In this document: in pieces, positions 14,524 to 27,170 of the stretch
Layout: each line of letters begins with the position of its first letter
Position numbering within the stretch: the stretch's first letter is position 1
Assembly (NCBI GenBank): GCA_964016885.1
Contig: OZ024742.1
Coordinates: 122,884,001-122,948,000 of the forward strand
Length of the DNA: 64,000 nucleotides
Direction of reading: 5' to 3'
Origin: Eledone cirrhosa
Lineage: Eukaryota
Notes under the pieces: generated by a model
Databases searched by the model: none
Told to the model about the DNA's origin: nothing
The model's input: the letters and a program-made list of their open reading frames with translations, nothing else
Made by a program: the position numbers and the translations under genes

Positions 14524-14882
14524 GCAATCCAATCCAGTCCAATCTAATTCAATCCAAGGCCTTCTCACTCCTGTTGGAAGAACCTCACTCTGATTGACCT
14601 TCATCGCTTTCTCTTCAGGGGTTTTGCAGTACTCACCATGATTGGCTTATTGCGGGTTAGGGAGGCTATTTAATCCACAGTTGAGGTGGATGGCGTTTAC
14701 TCTGAGGAGTTCAATCCCTTTAAACACTGTTTTTTTTTGGGGGGGGGGGGGGGCTGCTGGGGTTCTACTTACCATCCTCTCCAGCTAGTTTCTTCTGGTG
14801 GAACAGGTTTAGACGCCGGCCACTCGACCTTGAAGCAGGTTTTACTGGCTTACGTAGTACCGGCAGCAAGCTGAAGCCTGTC
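14524..14882 (-). mobile_element. short retroposon with (ATTGG)n tail, copy 3
   Basis: (CAATC)n followed by CTCCTGTTGGAAGAACCTC ... CCACTCGACCTTGAAGCAGGTTTTACTGGCTTACGTAGTACC. Confidence 0.7.
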
Positions 14883-15223
14883 ATGTCTATAGTTCAAATA
14901 GTTAGGAAATATATAGTATACAACAGAATACTTAAACAATGAGAAGAAGAAATCAGCAGTACAATCACTACATACACAACTCTAGAAAAGTTTCGGTATT
15001 GTGGAACGTCGTCATAGCTGCATAGATTTCTTTGCTCTATGATAAGGGAAGTATGCAGGTATTGATAGATTTATTAATTCTATCAAAAATGTATCCACTC
15101 TTTAACAGTATGTATAGAAAAAAAGGAAAAGCTTTGTAACTCATGAAGTGATTGTATCACATCTAAAGACACTAATCAATCATTAATGGCAATGATGATG
15201 ATGATTCTAATGATGTTGATGAT

Positions 15224-15563
15224 CAATTTTGGGGTAGGGGAAAGTCGATTAAATCGGCCCCAGTGCGTGACTGGTACTTTATTTTATCGACCCCGTAAGA
15301 ATGAAAGGCAAAGTTAACCTCGGTAGGATTTGAATTTAGACCGTAAAGGACCATAACTCTATGCTGCAAAGCACGGCGTCCATCCCCTACCGATACTCCC
15401 AATCCGCCGCCCTTAATAAAAAATAAAAATGATAATAACAATGGTTTCTAATTTAAGCACAAGGCCAGTAACTTCGAGGGGAGGGGAATATCGAATACAT
15501 CGACTGCAGTGTGTGATCGGTACTTTATTTTATTGACACCGTAAGGATGAAGGACAAGATAAC
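15224..15563 (-). mobile_element. two head-to-tail tRNA-derived SINE copies
   Basis: TACTTTATTTTATCGACCCCGTAAG..AAAGGCAAAGTTAACCTCGG core at ~15275-15322, again degenerate at ~15521-15563; joined by an AAT-rich spacer at 15413-15442. Confidence 0.8.
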
Positions 15564-16741
15564 ACTATAAATTCCAGGCCCTTTGATTGATTTTGACACT
15601 CTTTCACTCTCAGTCCACGTTTTTCAAGGAGATACTTACTAAAACAAAATCGTAAAATTGCAGTTATTTTCTAGGACAAACGGAATCCAATTCTACGTAG
15701 CAGCCATTTTCCCGTGACTAGGGCTCTTTAACCGATTTTTATAAGCTCTTTTATCGTAACTGACTGTAGTTATAGTTATATTTTGTGTCCGAACTTTCTA
15801 CATCTTATAAATCTATTTCCTCGGTACTTACGAGTTTCGAACATTTGAGCTTCCCCTACGACATTTGTTTATATTTTCAAAAAGCTGTTTGATTCAGCTC
15901 CTTATTTAGACAGTAGATATTATCAGAGATCCCTTAGCTAAATGTTTAGAGAAACTAAACTGTATCTGGGAAATACGGAAGTAGATCCTCCGTAGCGACT
16001 GCTGTAACATTTCACAGCCTCTACGGGGCTTTTTTCCACTGACTGTAATAGCTGTTATTTTCTACGTAAAAAACAAGCACACACCTCTTACTTTATCAAC
16101 TCTAGAACTAATTGAGTATATTTTTACATGTTTTTACATGAAATACTATAAACAGCTTAAAAAATATGTAGGCAGTATAATTCACGCTTTTCCTTTACAA
16201 TTTACATATGTTCTTATGTAACATGCGAAGAAGTGCGTGGATCATAAAACATTGTATCTCTTCTAGTGGTCAGCATTTTCCGTGGTGGGCACATGGTTCA
16301 GACCTAAGCTTGTTTTGTTTCTATTCACACTGATAAACTCAATAAACTGCAAGGAGAAGTAATGCATATATTGATTTCGATCGATTTCGTCATTGATTGC
16401 GTTTATAAACTACACTAATGTTAATTAAGGTGTAGCATCAAAATGTAAATTTTTTGGCGGTTAATATTTATTTTCAAAAGGGAAACCTACACACGTTTTT
16501 TAAAATAATGTGGTTTAATGTAAAGTACAATATGTCACATTTCAAGCAAGAAAGTTTGATCTTAAATATGTCAGAGATCGAAGATACGGCTAATTAAACA
16601 GTATGCAAATTTTCAACGATATCTAATGATAGGGTAGCGAGAGTTAATTCAAGTTGATTGATATGACCAAGGAATGTATGTATATTTAAACGATATAGAT
16701 ATTCATATATTCTGATATATGTAGGTGTGTAGACACCCCAT

Positions 16742-16823
<82 letters not shown>

Positions 16824-16841
16824 GTAATAATAATAGTAATA

Positions 16842-16881
<40 letters not shown>

Positions 16882-18789
16882 ATATTCATTTTAATACGAA
16901 ATTTACTTATAGTTTTAGTCATGGAGAAGTCATTCTTATACGAAAATGGATATACCTATACTCTACTAACGATTCGAGTACCTTTTCTTTAACCGTGGCT
17001 TCCTCCCCATTTACATCGGGATCCTATATATATATTGTATAAAGTATTGTTATTTTTTAGGAAAAACAAGCAAGGCGTGAGTAGAAATTTAAAGAGGGAT
17101 TTATTATATAATCTGACACGTGTTCCATCGCTGATTACGTACTTGACTACGAGAACTAAAGAGAGATGTTTTTTTTTTATTCATTCACTGGCATTACATC
17201 TGTTAGAGGTGAATCCTCAGAGAAAAGCGATAATACAAAAATGTTTTTTTTAGGGTAGAAGGAAAATAGAAGTGACATAGATAGCAACATGTATTTTTGT
17301 ACTATTTGAGTAAGAAATGTCATTGGCTGAGAAGGAATTATTCTATAGATCAAAGAAAATGTTGGGTAATGAAAGAGTGTGTTGTCATGTAAAGAAACAG
17401 GCTATAAATTAATTAGCTTTGGTAGTATATACGTAGCTATTATAGATAAGGGGAATTTTGTAAATGTATATTTGGTGCAAATTTGTTGTCATAAAAATCG
17501 ACCAGTGAAAGGGGATAAGTTCAAAGGGAAAATGGAAATGGAGTTGTAGGATCTAATTATAGGTTAGCTTGGACTGTATTTAGGTATGATTTTAGGTATT
17601 TATGGTTACAGTTGAATATTCTAGAGTCTAATGACTCGGCACTGTTTACGGATTATTCGAACCTTACCTAACAAAAAACTTCCATATCGAATTTGCTAAC
17701 CTTAAATGTAGAATAAAAAGAGACGATGCTCTTTTATTAGTTAATACTTTCAATGATCAAAAGCTGGAACGGAGGAGAAAACCTATTAGATCCTTCTTTA
17801 AGCGTACGGACCCGGAAAGAAATTTGAAAATAATTATAAACTAGCTAATTTTATACATGTTAGCCTCGACCTCAACTTTAACCTATTTGAGCCTTATCAT
17901 GAACATGATGAAAATCTAACTCATATTAGCCGATACTCTAGCTACCCTAAATTCGTAATTCCATCATCATTGAGTATCACTTAGGATTTCCAGATTAATT
18001 CCATTTAACCCAAAACGTTCCTTTATTTTCCCCCCTTGCTACTGTATATATCCTTCTTACGAGGTAATAATCGAACAGTGCCTACATTAATATATCTTTG
18101 TAGTTCGGACTTATCTTCGTCAGAATATCAAGAGACGAAAATATGTCATTTATACCTTCGTGTTTCGATATAATTTCAACAGGTATTTTAATTGTTACTT
18201 AAGAAAAGCGACCGTAACGCTTTCCCACGGGTGGTTGTATTGTATTCGTTCTATGTTCGAAACCTGCGTCTCAGTCACAACATTAGTAAAAATTACTTTC
18301 ATAGTTATGAGTAGTATATATAGTAGTTTCATTTAGTAAAATATTTATGTGTGTGAGTGTGAATGTAATTATTTCCAAATGTATTAATAAAATTGTTCAC
18401 TTTTGTACCATTGACCGTATTATTGTCATTCGATTCCCTTTCAAACTGTACGTGCATCCTGCTGTAAAATGTTCTTGTTCAAGTTCCATGGTAGTTATCT
18501 GAGTAAGTTTGTTCATTTTCAAAAATGAAATAAACTTCTTTGACAGTACATGCTATCTGTGTCTCATAACTATCTTGAGTGGATGCAAACTAGAAAAATA
18601 TGTTTAGAAATGACTTTCCTTCTGCAATCAGGAGAAAAACGCACGAAAACATGTTTTCATCCCTTTATCTACCAGATGTAAAAGATAAATTCAATTTTAG
18701 GTAAAGAGAAAACAATTGAAAAATTGTAAACCAAAAGTACAGGTAAACGTGTCTTTCGGGACAAATACAACAACAACAAGAATAATAAT

Positions 18790-18886
18790 TGTTTCTACGT
18801 TAGGCACATGGCCAGCAATTACCCAGTGTATTGCTGGTACTTTATTTTATCGACCCCGTAAGGATGAAAGGCAAAGTTAACCTCGG
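18790..18886 (-). mobile_element. 5'-truncated tRNA-derived SINE
   Basis: TGTTTCTACGTTAGGCACATGGCCAGCAATTACCCAG..GTTAACCTCGG preceded by (AAC/AAT)n. Confidence 0.85.
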
Positions 18887-19567
18887 TCACAATGTTATGA
18901 GCAAATAATACAACACATGCCATACAAAATGTGATGATGTACATACATTAAAGAAAGGTGTATTAAAATTCAATGAAACGAACGACAGCTCTTTGTAAAA
19001 ATATAAAAGTACACCATGGCAACTAATTAACACATTACATTCAGTAAACTGGGTCCTATCAATCTATACGTCAGCATATCTAGTCTTGGTTATGTGACAA
19101 TGGTTCTTACATGTTCCATTTTACTTTTTTCATTTTTTCATTTTTTTGAAAGATTGTTCACAGATGTAGCAATTGTTCAATGTCTGATTTACTAATTGGA
19201 TTATATGCCTCTTTTCTTATATTTGGGCAGTTTTCAAATTTCCCGCCTCTCTCGACCCACACTCTCATGTACCCTGTCCGTTTGGCGCAGTACATCTTTC
19301 ACCCGCCGAAAAATACCCCTTTCATCACTTTCGTCAAGAGCATATGGAATCTCTCTTTGATAGCTGCATAACAAAGAAAAGTTACATTCCTTCTTCTAAA
19401 GAAACATTGGCGGTATTACTCTGAAAATATTGTTTTCTTAAAAGTAGAAACACTCCACTGTTATACCATGGATACCTTTGTAATTGAGAGAATACTGTCA
19501 AAACTAGCAAGTATCAAATTCTGGTCCCTTCGGTGGTATTCCCGTTGCCGTTCTTAATGTTTATATT

Positions 19568-21110
19568 ATAAAGCTGTTCAGAAATTAATGCAGGATTTCT
19601 GTTTGTATTTTTTTTGACATTTTCTAAAGAATAAAATCTCATGTAAGGTTTGTAAAATTATGTTTAATATTTAAACTCCCCAAGTATTAGTCGATCCCCG
19701 ACAGATTTGTAGTGGAGCCCCTGACAGTGGATACTTCTGGTGTCCTTGGCCCTAGGGCTACCTCCCTACTTACCACTTTAGCCGCTGAGCTGGTGAGTCG
19801 CAGGTATGAGACGCGGGAGATGGAATAGGTCTTCGAGCGTATCTCTCTTACCATCCTCTATTCTGTCCACCGTGTCCGTGGGGCCGCCATCTCGTGGGAC
19901 CCCATTTGCTCATAATAGTTAGAGATGCGGAGGGCGAGATAAGATGGAGGCGATGGCAGTGGGGGTTCGGATCCTCTGTGTTCAGACCTGGTGTACGTGT
20001 ATGTGTATGTTTACCATTTTCGGTGAAGCGTCAATGAAATTATTTCTACTGCTACCGTCGCTACCATTAATCTTGAAACTTATGTTATAGTCTTTCTTAC
20101 TGTATAATTTATTTTAATAAAAATTGCATTCTTCTCAATTTTCAGATCTTCAGCTTATTTCTATGACTTTGTACTCAACCGTTGTGCAGTCGAAACGATT
20201 AGAAACATGAATGAAGTTTGGGTTAAAGGAAGTGTTCAAAAATGTACAATTCAACGTTGGATTAAAACGTTCCGTCATTATGAACTTATTCTTAAAGTTA
20301 AGTAACTTCATAGGCGTCCTGCCATCGACGACAATACTTTGAAGAATTTGGTAGTGGTAAAACCTCGCACAACTCTTTGAGAGATTATATGAACATTTGA
20401 ACTGAATGAGAAAGTCGAAAAAGCTTGAATAATACGCTCTGAATAATACAAACACTAGAACATTCGCTTCCTTCGCATCAGAAAAAAGAATAATTTCTTA
20501 GCCGTAGTGTATCATCCAGCGGAAAATGAATCCAATACAACAACCGGAAACGTTCAGCATGGTGGTTCCACCACGACGAAGGTCTTATACACACCGGAAA
20601 ACCAATGATTCACAAACAAAAAAAAAAGATTCATAGTCACATTTTTGTAGTCCGTAGCCAGATTAATCCAATACGCAATGAATACAGCTGAGACGTATTG
20701 TCAGGAAATTGGTGGCATGCATAAGAGATTGTAACGTATGTGTCTAGCATTGATCAAAAGAAAAATTTATTTACACATCGAACAAACAACACCCCAGATA
20801 TTGAACCATTTGGGCTAGGAAACTGTGCTTTATCCCCGATTCTCATCGGACATTTCACATGTCTATCACATAGGCAATGTTTTCTGAACCCTCTTTCAAC
20901 GAAAAGTCTTAAACAACAAAACAGTCGCAGCAAATGCCTTTCAAGATTATATCGTCTCCAGAACATCAGAATTCTATTATCGGAGCAAATAATCCGGCAA
21001 GAATCTGTGAACTCTATTGGTTAATACTATGATGAATAAAGTTTATCCTGTATTGAGGTGTGATATTTTAAAGTGAATATTAAAAAACCTAGACTCAACA
21101 CTGAACAACT
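19568..21110 (+). mobile_element. mariner (Tc1/mariner) DNA transposon relic
   Basis: From ~20160: YDFVLNRCAVETIRNMNEVWVKGSVQKCTIQRWIKTF..RRPAIDDNTLKNLV; FLSRSVSSSGK*IQYNNRKRSAWW (cf. FLDRIVTGDEKW); degenerate YSPDL region ~20830; weak TIR-like ends CTGTTCAG / CTGAACAAC, so boundaries are approximate. Confidence 0.8.
19708..20144. mobile_element. GC-rich insertion in the mariner 5' region, candidate solo LTR
   Basis: TGTAG...TTCA termini, AATAAA near the 3' end, flanks GATT/GATC (imperfect 4-bp TSD). Confidence 0.35.
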
Positions 21111-22149
21111 ATTTATTTTCTATTGGAATTAATGTTTTCTGGTTGTGTGACTGAGAATTTATGTTAAATATGCCGCGTCCTTAGGTAATTTTCCCATTAT
21201 CACATTTGCGTGAAATTCCCTGTTTGAGATGTTTGTTAATGTTATCAAGACTGCTGATACATCCATTGTGCCGAGAAATCCTTACTGCTACTTCTGACGA
21301 GCTTCTCATTGGAGCTAATTAAATATTGCAAATGACCGACAGCGGGAATATTTTCAGTTAAATAATACGATGTTAAGAAATATGTCGTTCAACATCATAA
21401 AATTGAGGTGAATTCTTATGCAATTCGAATTGTTTTTTCATTATTACTGGTGTAAAACATTGCAACGAAAAGCAATTCCTTTTCTTATGAGATGGATCGA
21501 TCGTTCCAAGGATCAACCTGCTTACGGCAAACAACAAAATAAGATGGCTGAAAAACCTGGAAAATACCTATTGAGATCAGGCGCTACATTTATTGGGTTC
21601 ATATAAATTGAATGATTATATCCGAAACGCAACGACTATGATGACTGTTAGAAAGATATAACTACTATAAAGTAACAACTGTGTGGGCAGACTAATTAGT
21701 TCGTCCTTATCGAGGCATGAGCTTCTCTGAGAAATTCGTTGTTTTTACCTACCACTAAAGCTCTATAGAAATAATTACATATGAATTATAAGGAACACAC
21801 TCTCAATTAATTAATCGTTTTTGTTTCAATATATTAACTAATGCTTGAAAAACATGCTTCCTTCTACCTCAGTTGGATAGTCCTTTTGTACTTCCTTACA
21901 TTTAATGTAATGCACGAAATAAACTTTTGCGTTAATCTGAAATTAGTCTTGGCTGGGACGCCACGGGGCAATGTTATTTCACATAAAAGAAAAAAAACCC
22001 ATTGTAACATGATTCATTCATGCTAACAGCTATGAATACTTCAATATTCATCACAAATGTCTGTTTTCTGAAAACATCTACAGTAATGTAGCATAAGATT
22101 TAACATAACACTCCCACAAATTATACTTGATATCATGACAATTTCGTAA

Positions 22150-22530
22150 TACCATCTGTCACAGAGTACGGCGTTCTTAAAGAAATGAATCCGTTACATG
22201 CATGCAAAACTCTACCTGCCAGAGATTTCAATACAATATCTTATAAAATTTAAGCACAGATGGACCACCCACTAGTACTCAGCCAGTCTGACAACATATT
22301 CTACGACAAAAATGACAATATGCTTATAATTGACATAGCAGCATCACATACGTATAATGCCGTGATGAAGTGGACAGAAAAGCTAATGAATTACATTGAA
22401 ATATCTATTGAAACGAAAACATTATAATATACATGAAATGTGCTCATTATCTAATGTTTAATTAGTACAACTGATATAGTATACAATAAGTATGGACATA
22501 CGCACGTTCGAAGAATAATAATAGTAAGTT
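22150..22530 (+). mobile_element. R4-type RLE LINE 3' relic
   Basis: PDNIF...IIDIAAS...EKLMNY resembles the PD..D..K restriction-like endonuclease end; ends in AATAATAAT. Confidence 0.45.
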
Positions 22531-22707
22531 CAAAAAATGTGAGACAATTCATTCAAATTATATGTTGCCTCGAATTATTCGTATACAATGTCGGTTAAGA
22601 TGTAGTTAACTATTAGCAATGCAAGGAACGTAGTCCTTAATGAATCATTAAAATCATAAAATAAAAACAACGGCAGCAACATCGAAAATAATGATACTAC
22701 TAATAAT

Positions 22708-22884
22708 TGTTTCTACTTTTGGCACAAGGCCAGCAATTATTCCAGTGCATTACTGGTACTTTATTTTATCGACCCCGTAAGGATGAAAGGCAAAGTTAAC
22801 CTCGGCGGGATTTGAACTCAGATCATAAAGGGAGGTAACTCTATGCTTCAAAGCATGGCGTCCAACCCTTACCGATACTGCCAA
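22708..22884 (-). mobile_element. tRNA-derived SINE, near full length
   Basis: Minus strand has box A-like TGGCAGTATCGG, box B GAGTTCAAATCC, core and 3' GAAACAATTATTA. Confidence 0.9.
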
Positions 22885-23234
22885 ATAACTCTGTAGATGC
22901 TGCAGCAGCAGCAGCTGACAAAGACATCCCCTTAAAACACTGAATAGGTAGGAAGTGTAAATGTAAAACTCGCAAACCTGGTTAAAAAGCGCCGAACGAA
23001 AACCAACGACTGACGGACTTCTAATTACAGTATCAGATCAAATCCCCACCACCACAACCACCACCACCAGAACTACTACCACAAGAAACCAGTAAAAATT
23101 TATAATGAAGAATACGATAAGTAAATGCAAAAAAGGTTGTGGTGGTGGTGGTGATGGTGAAACAATTAACCATGTTGTCTCTGTCTGGCATATCTTAGTC
23201 TATCCAGTCTCAGTCAAAAATGAATATATCCACA

Positions 23235-23830
23235 AACGTTTTGGGATTTAAATTTGGGATTTAAATAGTCAACAGAAAATACGTTGCACAGACAAACATT
23301 GGAGAAGGTGCACGTGTATGACAAAGTAACCAGGCTTTACTACATACCAATACACACACACATCTGGAGATCAAATCCAACTAACCAGATGTGTTCAAAA
23401 CAATAAGGTAAAGGATATATTCTAATTGATGTATCTATCTCTACAAACAAGAATACATCTATCACGGAAATAGAGAAATAACCCGAATGTGGTTTATGAA
23501 AAAGCAAACATCTCTATAATAATAGATGCCCTGGGAATGAAAACGAAACCCACTCATACTTTTAATCAAACCCCAGGACTTACAATTGTATAGATTCCAT
23601 ACAATTATAAGTCCTGGGTTTGATTAAATGTATGAGTGGGTTTCGTTTTCATTCCCAGAGCACCTATTATTATAGAGATGTTTGCATTTTCATAAAAGAA
23701 CATATAGAAAATAGCACTACGAGGTACTGCGCGCATATTATGAAGAGTATTCAACAATAATGCACAATCCCAAGGCACATAATGATGCTCAGTAATGCAA
23801 TGGTTACATACGCAATAAATATAAAACTAA
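23235..23830 (+). mobile_element. R4/Dong-type RLE LINE 3' relic with internal foldback
   Basis: ILIDVSISTNKNTSITEIEK, IIIDALGM and KIALRGTAHI match the end of the 59990-60829 protein; ends in a (TGA)/(TAA) repeat. Confidence 0.7.
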
Positions 23831-23858
23831 TGATGATGATGAGGATGGTAATAATAAT

Positions 23859-25480
23859 CTTTATTTATTTGTCACTTATTTGTCATAAATGGCAAGTTCA
23901 GCTGGAATTTACGAGAAAACGAATAGAAAAGGAAATAAGTTAAAAAGTAACTATAAATTATTAACAGCAGAAATCCTCAACACGGGGACCACCACCCCGG
24001 AGGTAATTTAGGAAACCACATATCAGAAACCATCATATTCACCAAGAGACCATAGAAAGTGAAGTCGCTAACCAACAACCGCATCCTGACTTTCCTCGCT
24101 ACATTCAATCTAATTTTAACAAATGTACAAGGGGAAGCACTTCCCTCTCTATTCTCATCTTCCTTTCCAAGTGGAATTTGAAAAATACAATGAAGGAATT
24201 GCTAGTCGCGTCCTCCACTCAATCTCTCTCACCAGAAACCCCAGAGAGAGGAAACCTGCCTTCATTTCCCTGCCAAAGGAAGGTGGCGGTGTGATGTCGG
24301 TTAAACACAGGATCCATCCGATACACTATAATAACTAGTTGACAAAACTACAAGCCAACAATGCTCGGAATCTGGGAAGTATTGTCGCTCTGCGTGCATC
24401 TTGTATTGAACCTTCAGCAGGTAAAGATCAATCTAGACTCCGAGCAACTTACCGGTCCTTTTGTCCAGCGTGTGCGTCACTATTGTATGGTGTGGACATG
24501 TCGTGTTGCAATTATAAGGACTTGACCAGCTTCATTTTCGCTCGCATCAAATATTCTAATTATACAATGAAGTTAGCGCCTACATCTACACCAGGAAGGG
24601 TACATCGTCCGCATATGTCAACGAGGCCCTTCCACAACAAGGTTCTCGAGAGAATGCTCTTAATCATTTCCCAGCTTCGTGAGCAGTACTGTGGAGTCCA
24701 TACTTACAGAATGGATGAGGAAGTAAATCCTTAATCGACCGGAAAAGTGACTTGAAACAGTTCCAATAGGTAGCCATTTACTCTAGACAACGAGCAGACG
24801 CCGCTGTGTATTGAAACGATCCAGACTCCGAAGGCAGATCCGAAACCGGCTGCAATGAGTACAACTGCTAAGTAGAGATGGTCTATCCTATCGAATGCTT
24901 TAGACTGGTCTAAATTCATCAAACGCCCACTACACCCTCTATGATGAAAGAAATGAGATGGAGGCTTCGTGTATTTATATGCCAGGGTTTGCGCATGTCT
25001 GCGCTTCCCGACCAGACATTCTTGATGACAAGCCTCAACCTCTTCTCTAACACATTAGTCAAAATATGAATGCTTATTCACGTCTCTCATCCTCACCGTT
25101 TTTTCCACAGCTTACAGAACCGGGAATTATCCCGCTCTTTTGCCAGTTACATAACACAGCTACGAGGATATTGGTGAACGAGTCTGGCACGTCTACGTAA
25201 ATCCAATAGGTTAACCCATGCAACCGACAAGGTTTTACCATATCTCTGCTGGCATTTTCGGCGTTTCACAGCACTCTGCATCTTCCATCTAGAATTGGGA
25301 CATGCAATCGTTTTAGAAACTATACTCAACTAGCTTTTTTTCCTGGCATGCCCCGAACAGGTGTGTAACGTACCGCTGGAAAGACGTTCACATCTGCTTA
25401 AATTTCAGAAGCACGTGCCCATCACGATCAGTCAAAGATAGAATTGCTCCACAAATATTTCATTTTAGCTATCTATCTTC
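23859..25480 (-). mobile_element. Tx1-type LINE relic (RT and 3' end)
   Basis: NLDQSKAFDRIDHLYLAVVLIAAGFG (24731-24922); 3' end AATAAAG followed by (ATT)n at ~23850. Confidence 0.8.
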
Positions 25481-25899
25481 TGGTGATGGTCACGGCGGTA
25501 TCAAAGTTTTCAAAATAATTTTATTGTTTTCTTTTTCCCATGCACTTTTTTTTTGCTACTTTGTCGCTGCATTTTGAACTAGTAGAATTTGGCTGTTCCA
25601 TTTTCAATACAGCCAGCACTTCCTTATTTTCCTGTCCACCATATATTCTCTTTTTTTTTCTTTGTATTAATTGACTTGTTTTTGACAAATAAGCTCGGAT
25701 TTATCCATTTATTCATCAAAGGCTACAGATAGAGGCAGACTAACAAGCTCCGTAGAAAAGACGGCTGGGTTAACTGCACAACAATATATAATCTTCGCAC
25801 AAAAATTGTTCAAAACCACGTACTCAAACAATAAACTTACTACACCAATCTCTATCACACCTTAATAACAGCGATAACATAATCATCATCAACAAAACC

Positions 25900-26830
25900 A
25901 TGCACACAGAATGCATCACCCTAAGGCAGATACAAATAGAATATATCTCCTTAGAAAAGAAAGAGGACGTGTATTAATCCAGTTAGATATTGCTTTGAAA
26001 ACCGCAACAATTGGATTATCTACATATCTAAGGGAGGCAAATGTTTGGATGATCAAACTCGTTTTGAAACATGAAAGCATCAAAAGATCATACTCCATTG
26101 CAAAAGAGATCTGAAGGTGGAAGAGGTCTTATCAGCATAGAAGACTATGTTCAGATAGAGAAAAACAACCTGCACAAGTTTGTGACTGACAGAAGGTAGC
26201 CAATGCTCAAAATTGTACTGAAGGAGAAGACAGTAGACCAGGTGATGTCCAAGGAGGAAATAACAACAAGGAGGAAGAGCAACCTTTATAAAAATTGCTT
26301 CATAGTACCTTCTTTAAGAAAACGGAATTTAGAGATCCACAGTCATGGAACTGGTTAAAAAGAGGAGACCTTAAAGAAGGAATGCTAATGGCTGCGCACG
26401 AGCAACCCTCAGAACGAAGTGGGTGAAACACCATTTTTGACAACAAGGAGGCTAGCTCACTGTGTAGGATATGTGGAGAGAGAGAGAGGAGACGGTGGCT
26501 CACATTGTATCAGAGTGTAAACACCTAGCCCAGACTCACTATAAAGGCTGGAGTTATGATGTGATAGGCAGGGTGATCCACTGGCATCTATGCAAAGTAA
26601 ACAATTTACCACATTCGGAAAAGTGGTATGAGCATAAGCCAGAGTCGGTGATAGAAAACGATCAGGAGAAGGTGCTGATTGTCAAATGAGCACTAGGTAC
26701 TATGTCCACGAGTTTTCAGGAATGGTTAACGAACTTTAGCCCTGTCCCCTTTTTTGAATCTTTCAAAACGCATGCTCGCTGGGAACAGCAAGAACCCTCC
26801 GATACGTCCTGAATATATGTGGCTTCAGGC
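25900..26830 (+). mobile_element. R4/Dong-type RLE LINE fragments
   Basis: HHPKADTNRIYLLRKERGRVL; SWNWLKRGDLK; CRICG..EETVAHIVSECKHLAQTHYK (CCHC finger); HSEKWYEHKPESVIEN. Confidence 0.8.
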
Positions 26831-26838
26831 AGCAGCTA

Positions 26839-26965
26839 TTGTTGTTGTTGTTTGAGTCGCAGTCATTGACGTTATTTAACTGGAAAGTTTGTCCAAATGA
26901 TGTTCATTTGGACAAACTTTCCAGTTAAATAATTTCAATGACTGCGACTCAAGCAACAACAACAA
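26839..26965. repeat. near-perfect palindrome, ~62-bp arms, 3-nt loop
   Basis: ..AACTGGAAAGTTTGTCCAAATGA-TGT-TCATTTGGACAAACTTTCCAGTT.. Confidence 0.95.
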
Positions 26966-26984
26966 CAACAACACCAATAATAAT

Positions 26985-27170
26985 TGTTTCTACTTTAGGC
27001 ACAAGGCCAGCAAATTACCCAGTATATTACTGGTACTTTATTTTATCGACCCCGTAAGGATGAAAGGCAAAGTTAACCTCGGCGGGATTTGAACTCAGCC
27101 TGTAAAGGGACGTAACTATGCTAGAAAGCATGGCGTCCAACCCTCTACCGATACTGCCAATTCACCGCCC
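26985..27170 (-). mobile_element. full-length tRNA-derived SINE with 18-bp TSD
   Basis: Box A/B present; AACAACACCAATAATAAT duplicated at 26967-26984 and 27172-27189. Confidence 0.92.

Noticed and set aside
17450-17970. Possible Penelope-like relic with inversion
   Set aside because: Only faint peptide resemblance; too degenerate to support
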